DNA of 63,920 nucleotides, counting the filler, from Aduncisulcus paluster (taxonomy: Eukaryota): assembly GCA_024181965.1 (NCBI GenBank). It is 21 parts of 21 records of this genome, joined end to end, with 100 filler letters (N's around TTAATTAATTAA, not from the genome) between each part and the next. Parts side by side here need not be neighbours in the genome. Positions count along the whole stretch, not along the records: positions 57,860 to 59,277 come from BQXS01012130.1; positions 59,378 to 61,849 come from BQXS01012131.1; positions 61,950 to 63,920 come from BQXS01012132.1; 18 more parts are not named here. One strand, written 5' to 3'. The translations under genes and the position numbers were made by a program. The notes below the pieces were generated by a model. That model did no database searches. It worked only from the letters and a program-made list of their open reading frames with translations, and was not told the DNA's origin. Shown here in pieces: positions 58,897 to 63,920 of the stretch. Numbering within the stretch: position 1 is the stretch's first letter; each line of letters opens with the position of its first letter.

Positions 58897-59377
58897 ACTA
58901 CGATTACAGCTACGTACCACATACGACAGCTTATTCGTTGTTATTGAATCTTTCAGAGGATTTAACACATCTCTTCTTTTTCTCGATACAATATAAGAAA
59001 TCCCTTTAAGCCCATGACAATGTTTATAGAATAGGATGTTACTCGAATATAAACGAGTAAAACATCATCTAATCGATTATTTCGCTGTGATAAAATGATT
59101 TTATTAAAATGTCGTTTTGGCAACCATTGGAACAAAATCAACATTCTTCGTGGCATGAAATATGATTTCTCATGAGTTTATTACCGAAGCAGAAAGTTTC
59201 AAGACTGTTAGGCTGTTATATTTTTCGATACGAATGGGAATCGTTTTGGGACGATACGAATCAGAATTAGGTACGTANNNNNNNNNNNNNNNNNNNNNNN
59301 NNNNNNNNNNNNNNNNNNNNNTTAATTAATTAANNNNNNNNNNNNNNNNNNNNNNNNNNNNNNNNNNNNNNNNNNNN

Positions 59378-61849
59378 GTCTCTGCTGAAGTTGAAATATC
59401 CATCCCCGATGCAAACCTTCGAGCTGCTGTGTGTTCTGCTCTTGGTTTCTCCTCTGATTGTTCTTACATCACTGACACTAACATGCTGTCGTTGACTTCC
59501 CTCAGTGCATCCTCTGTTGACACCTTCGAAGGATTGTCTTATGCTACGGACCTTGCATCACTCACCATCGATGGCACATCCACATCTGACCTTGAGATTG
59601 ACTCGACAGAGATTGGGCATCTTCCAACGTCATCCTTATCCACATTGTATCTGCAGAACATTGCATTATCTGAGGATGTGTCTTTATCCACATTCACAAT
59701 GTTAACAAAGCTTGATCTGAGAAACACTGGATTGACAGACTCTCATAGTGTTCTTGGTTCTTTGAGTGGTGTTGAGGAGCAACTTGTTGAGTTGACCTTG
59801 CAAGACAATATTATCTCAGATATCTCTGCTCTATCTGGAATGGTGAATCTGACGTATTTGCATTTGTACAACAATCAAATATCTGATGTGAGCCCATTGG
59901 AAAATTTGGTGAATCTGACATTTTTGGAACTTGGATCCAATCAGATTACTTCCATTGATTCTTTGTCAAACATGAATGATTTAGTATATCTGTGTCTCTA
60001 TAACAATAACATCTCGGATATCTCTGCTCTATCAGGAATGATAAACTTAACGTCTCTATATCTTTATTCAAACAATATTTCAGACATTACTGCCCTCTCT
60101 GGAATGGGAGATCTTGTGACTTTGTACCTCTATAACAACAATATTTCTGAACTTACTCCTCTGTCTGACTTGACAGAATTGACATCTTTATCACTTCATT
60201 CGAACCAAATAACTGATATTTCTGACTTGAGTTCTCTAACAAATCTGACTTATTTGCATTTGTACAACAATCAAATATCTGATGTGAAACTATTGGAAAA
60301 TTTGGTGAATCTGACATATTTGGAACTTGGATCTAATCAGATTACTTCCATTGATTCTTTGTCAAATATGGATGATTTAGAATATCTGTGTCTCTATGAC
60401 AATAACATTTCGGATATCTCTGCCCTCACTTACATGGAGAATATGAACTATCTTCGATTATACAATAACAATATCTCAGATATCTCTGCTCTATCCGGAA
60501 TGGTGAATCTAACCTATTTGTATCTGTACAACAATCAAATATCTGATGTGAGTCCATTGGAAAATTTGGTGAATCTGACATTTTTGGAACTTGGATCCAA
60601 TCAGATTACTTCCATTGATTCTTTGTCAAACATGGAGGATTTATTATCTCTATATCTCTATGACAACAATATCTCGGATATATCTGCTCTATCTGGAATG
60701 AATGATATGAATACCATATCCCTTTATTCAAATCAGATATCTGACATTTCCGATTTATCTGGAATGGTGAATCTAACGTATTTACATTTGTACAACAATC
60801 AAATATCTGATGTGAAACTATTGGAAAATTTGGTGAATCTGACAACCTTGGAACTTGGATCTAATCAGATTACTTCCATTGATTCTTTGTCAAACATGGA
60901 GGATTTAGTATATCTGTGTCTCTATAACAATAATATTTCGGATATCTCTGCTCTATCTGGAATGATGAATCTAACCTATTTGCATCTGTATGAATATTCT
61001 ATACCTTTATTCAAATCAGATATCTGACATTTCCGATTTATCTGGAATGGTGAATCTAACCTATTTGTATCTGTACAACAATCAAATATCTGATGTGAGT
61101 CCATTGGAAAATTTGGTGAAATTGACATATTTACACCTTGCCGTCAATAATATATCCTCAATATCTGCTCTATCTGGAATGATAAACTTAACAACTCTAT
61201 CTCTATATTCAAACAATATTTCAGATGTTTCACCTCTTGTCAACATCACTAATCTCACTGACCTTAGATTACAATCAAACGCTATCTCTGATATCTCTGC
61301 TCTATCTGGAATGTCAAAGCTGTCGATTTTGTACCTTGGTACAAACAATATCTCAGACATTTCTGTTCTTTCTGAGAAACTTGAGCTGCTTACTTTAGAT
61401 TTAAATTCAAACACTCTCTCAGATATTTCATTCCTCTCAGGGATGTCGAAATTAGCAAATTTATATCTTCATAATAATAATATCTCAGACATTTCTGCCC
61501 TCTCCTCCATGAATGCATTAACAGAACTCTACCTCAGCAGCAACCCCTTATCCACAACACTATCTTCCTCCCTGACAACATTATCGTCCCTGCCTTCTCT
61601 GACAACATTGACCCTTGATTCTGTTGGATTATGTGACACTTCCTTGCGTTCTCTCAGCATGTTCCCTGCATTGTCCACCCTGTCCATCCGTTCGAATGGT
61701 CTCACGGACATCTCGCTCTTGTTCCCGATCTCTGGTCTGTCTTCGCTTGACGTGCGTGAGAACAAGCTGTGCAATGTGTCTGACACTGTGTATGCTGCAC
61801 TGTTCCCTCTTTCGCCAGCTCTCTCCGTGAATGTGGGTAGCAGTGATTC
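59378..61849 (+). CDS. Internalin-like 22-aa LRR protein (more than 25 regular repeats) with one frameshift near 60989; open at both ends
   Basis: IPDANLRAAVC cap; repeats of type LTYLHLYNNQISDVSPLENLVN; 66-bp nucleotide periodicity. Confidence 0.9.
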
Positions 61850-61949
61850 NNNNNNNNNNNNNNNNNNNNNNNNNNNNNNNNNNNNNNNNNNNNTTAATTA
61901 ATTAANNNNNNNNNNNNNNNNNNNNNNNNNNNNNNNNNNNNNNNNNNNN

Positions 61950-63920
61950 GATACCTTGATAATCTCTCGAAGGGAAAGACTATTCGTGAGACCATTCTTG
62001 GCACAATAGTCCAAACAAGCCTTGTGGATCATCGTCGTGCTTTCAAGATATTTTTCCTCAAGGTATCGAGTATCCGCATGAGGTTTACCCTTTGCAATCT
62101 GGATGAGCTCATCCATGGAATATGATGGAATGGTTGTGTAGAGCACACTCTCACGAACCATGGGAGGGATCCTCATCCTTGCCCCAGAAAGTTCCTGTGG
62201 ATTGAGAGTGGCAACAACCATCACATGGCTCACGTCACATGGGGATCCATCGGGGAGGGTGATGGACTTCTCGAGGGAATCTCCAAAGAGAGGGATGAGG
62301 ATGTCGAATACTTCGGGAGGCGCAAGATTGATCTCATCAAGAAGAAGAACCATCCGAGGACATGGGTTACTCACAGACTTGTCCTTCCTACTCGTGGAAT
62401 CAATGTATTTCTTCAGCGTGCCCGGAATCGTCTCGAACTTGGGGTATCCATCCTCACCACGAACACTTGCAACATACCCAAACAGACTATCCACAGTCGT
62501 CGAGTTGCTGAAGTTGAGACGCTTGAAATCAAGCCCGATGGATTTGGCAAAATGCTCGACGACGGCACTCTTCCCTTGGCCAGGGGCAGATTCAAGGAAG
62601 ACGGGAATTCGACTTGCAAGACCTGTTACAAGAACATCGATGACGTTCGAGATATTTGGACCAAGCACGAAGTCACTGTCAGCAAACAGCTCTTCGGTGG
62701 TCTCGTGACGAATGCGAGAGATCTTTGATGCTGGGATTGGGATCACATTGGTGGAGACACACGACACCTTGGAATGGATCGTAACTCTCTTGTTTCCAAG
62801 CAGTTTGCCCGCATGAATATAACGAGAGAATGTGTTCTCAGGAATATGGATTTCTGGATCCTCTTCGGTATCATCGGCATTGTCAGGAGATATTTCATTT
62901 TGACCTTTATCCAGATTATCATCATCTCCTCCTTCTTCCTCGTCCTCATCAAGGATGGGTCTCGATTGTACAACATCGGGGAACATCCCTTCTTCCTCTT
63001 CGGGTTCTTCACCTTCGCCCAAGATTGGCTGATGTTGGTGCTGATGTTGGTGCTGATGATGATGATGATGATGTTGGTGCTGATGATGAGTGGATTGGAG
63101 TCGATCATTCAACTCCTTCTTCTCAGTCTCAGACAGGAGATCCATGAAACCAGGAATCACACACAATGCAGTATCATTGTCCTTGCAGAGATAATCCTTG
63201 AGAAGCTCAAGAAGGTTCTTCCGAGATTCAAGATCAAGGCTATCCACAAACACTCTGAGGAATGCAACTGCAACACATATTTCGCTGATATCATGCTTGG
63301 ACACAGAAGAAATGGCAAGACGGAAGATGCTTTAATCCAGGAAACAAAGGAACGTTGGGAAGGGAATGTAGACTTCTGGGATTTGATCGAAGTCAAAATC
63401 ATGAAAATAGAATCCTTCACATTTTTCTTGATCCCAGCAATCCGTGTCTCCTCTTCTTTCTGCTGTTTTGATCTCAAATCCAAGGCCTTGATGTGCTCTT
63501 CTCCGCAACAATTCAGAACAGATTCCACAAAGTCGCCAACACCTTCATCGGTCAAACTGTCAAAGTATGTGGGCACGCCAATAACGGTGAACTTATTCGT
63601 CACGTTTGAGTTCCCATGCAAGTAGTTCTCGCTACACGTGGCAAAGAGACGGAACCCATCGCATGGAGGATATGGGTTTCCAGTCTCATCGTCCTCGAAC
63701 ATCTTGGAATTGTCTTGTGGAATGTCAATGCTTGGAGAATCTGGATCAATGATGCACGAAATGGTGTCGATGGCAGAAGAGGATGGCAGATCGAGATGTT
63801 GCAGGATGACAGCTTTTCCAACCATCACATTGAGCAAGAATTGGGAAGGAATGAAGATCGTACTATAACGACCAATCCCAAGATTCTTCTCATCAAGACG
63901 CTCGATCTCTTGGTCAACAC
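61950..63920 (-). CDS. Midasin/MoxR-related multi-AAA+ protein fragment with a frameshift near 63310
   Basis: First module with degenerate Walker B (AVILQHLDL) and GFRLFATC; second module PVFLESAPGQGKS, RLNFSNSTTVDSLFG, LLLDEINLA, VATLNP. Confidence 0.75.

Noticed and set aside
23387..61949. Regularly recurring TTAATTAATTAA palindrome
   Set aside because: Always centred in 44+44 N; an artificial six-frame stop linker. ORF tails such as XXXLIN are artefacts.
62774..63625. 283-aa plus-strand ORF and the many other antisense or overlapping ORFs
   Set aside because: Shadows of real genes on the opposite strand or of low-complexity codon runs; no motifs.

Overview
Eukaryotic (protist) draft-assembly sequence, not one locus. 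It is 21 separate contigs joined by 20 artificial 100-bp spacers (44 N + TTAATTAATTAA + 44 N). Contigs: 1-23386, 23487-24824, 24925-26368, 26469-28120, 28221-30119, 30220-33309, 33410-34816, 34917-36269, 36370-37577, 37678-39393, 39494-41144, 41245-42909, 43010-44208, 44309-45611, 45712-47931, 48032-49415, 49516-51270, 51371-57759, 57860-59277, 59378-61849, 61950-63920. The DNA is gene-dense and intron-poor, uses the standard code and has GTATGT spliceosomal introns. The expanded Cys-rich/LRR and kinase families suggest a free-living fornicate such as Aduncisulcus (inference only). Housekeeping genes: MCM2, XPB, probable TFIIH p52, probable TFIIIC subunit 6, RanBP1, nicotinamidase, LysRS, MON2-like and midasin-like AAA+. 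Many small contigs are transposon debris: chromodomain Ty3/Gypsy pieces with PPT/LTRs (some nested), a complete 635-bp hAT-type MITE with an 8-bp TSD, a PIF/Harbinger left end, an OTU-MULE fusion and RLE-type non-LTR pieces. Best leads: (1) an RLE retrotransposon 3' end found on two contigs, both times ending at CTATAC in ~10-bp-periodic arrays; (2) a short LTR-like segment with a tRNA-like Pol III promoter at exact tRNA spacing; (3) a mosaic internalin-like LRR/Cys-rich surface family; (4) an OTU protease fused to a Mutator transposase; (5) a polymerase-palm-like protein resembling phage/giant-virus hypotheticals; (6) an uncharacterised domain present both in tandem and fused to a kinase. Protein calls rest on motifs recognised by eye; no searches were run.
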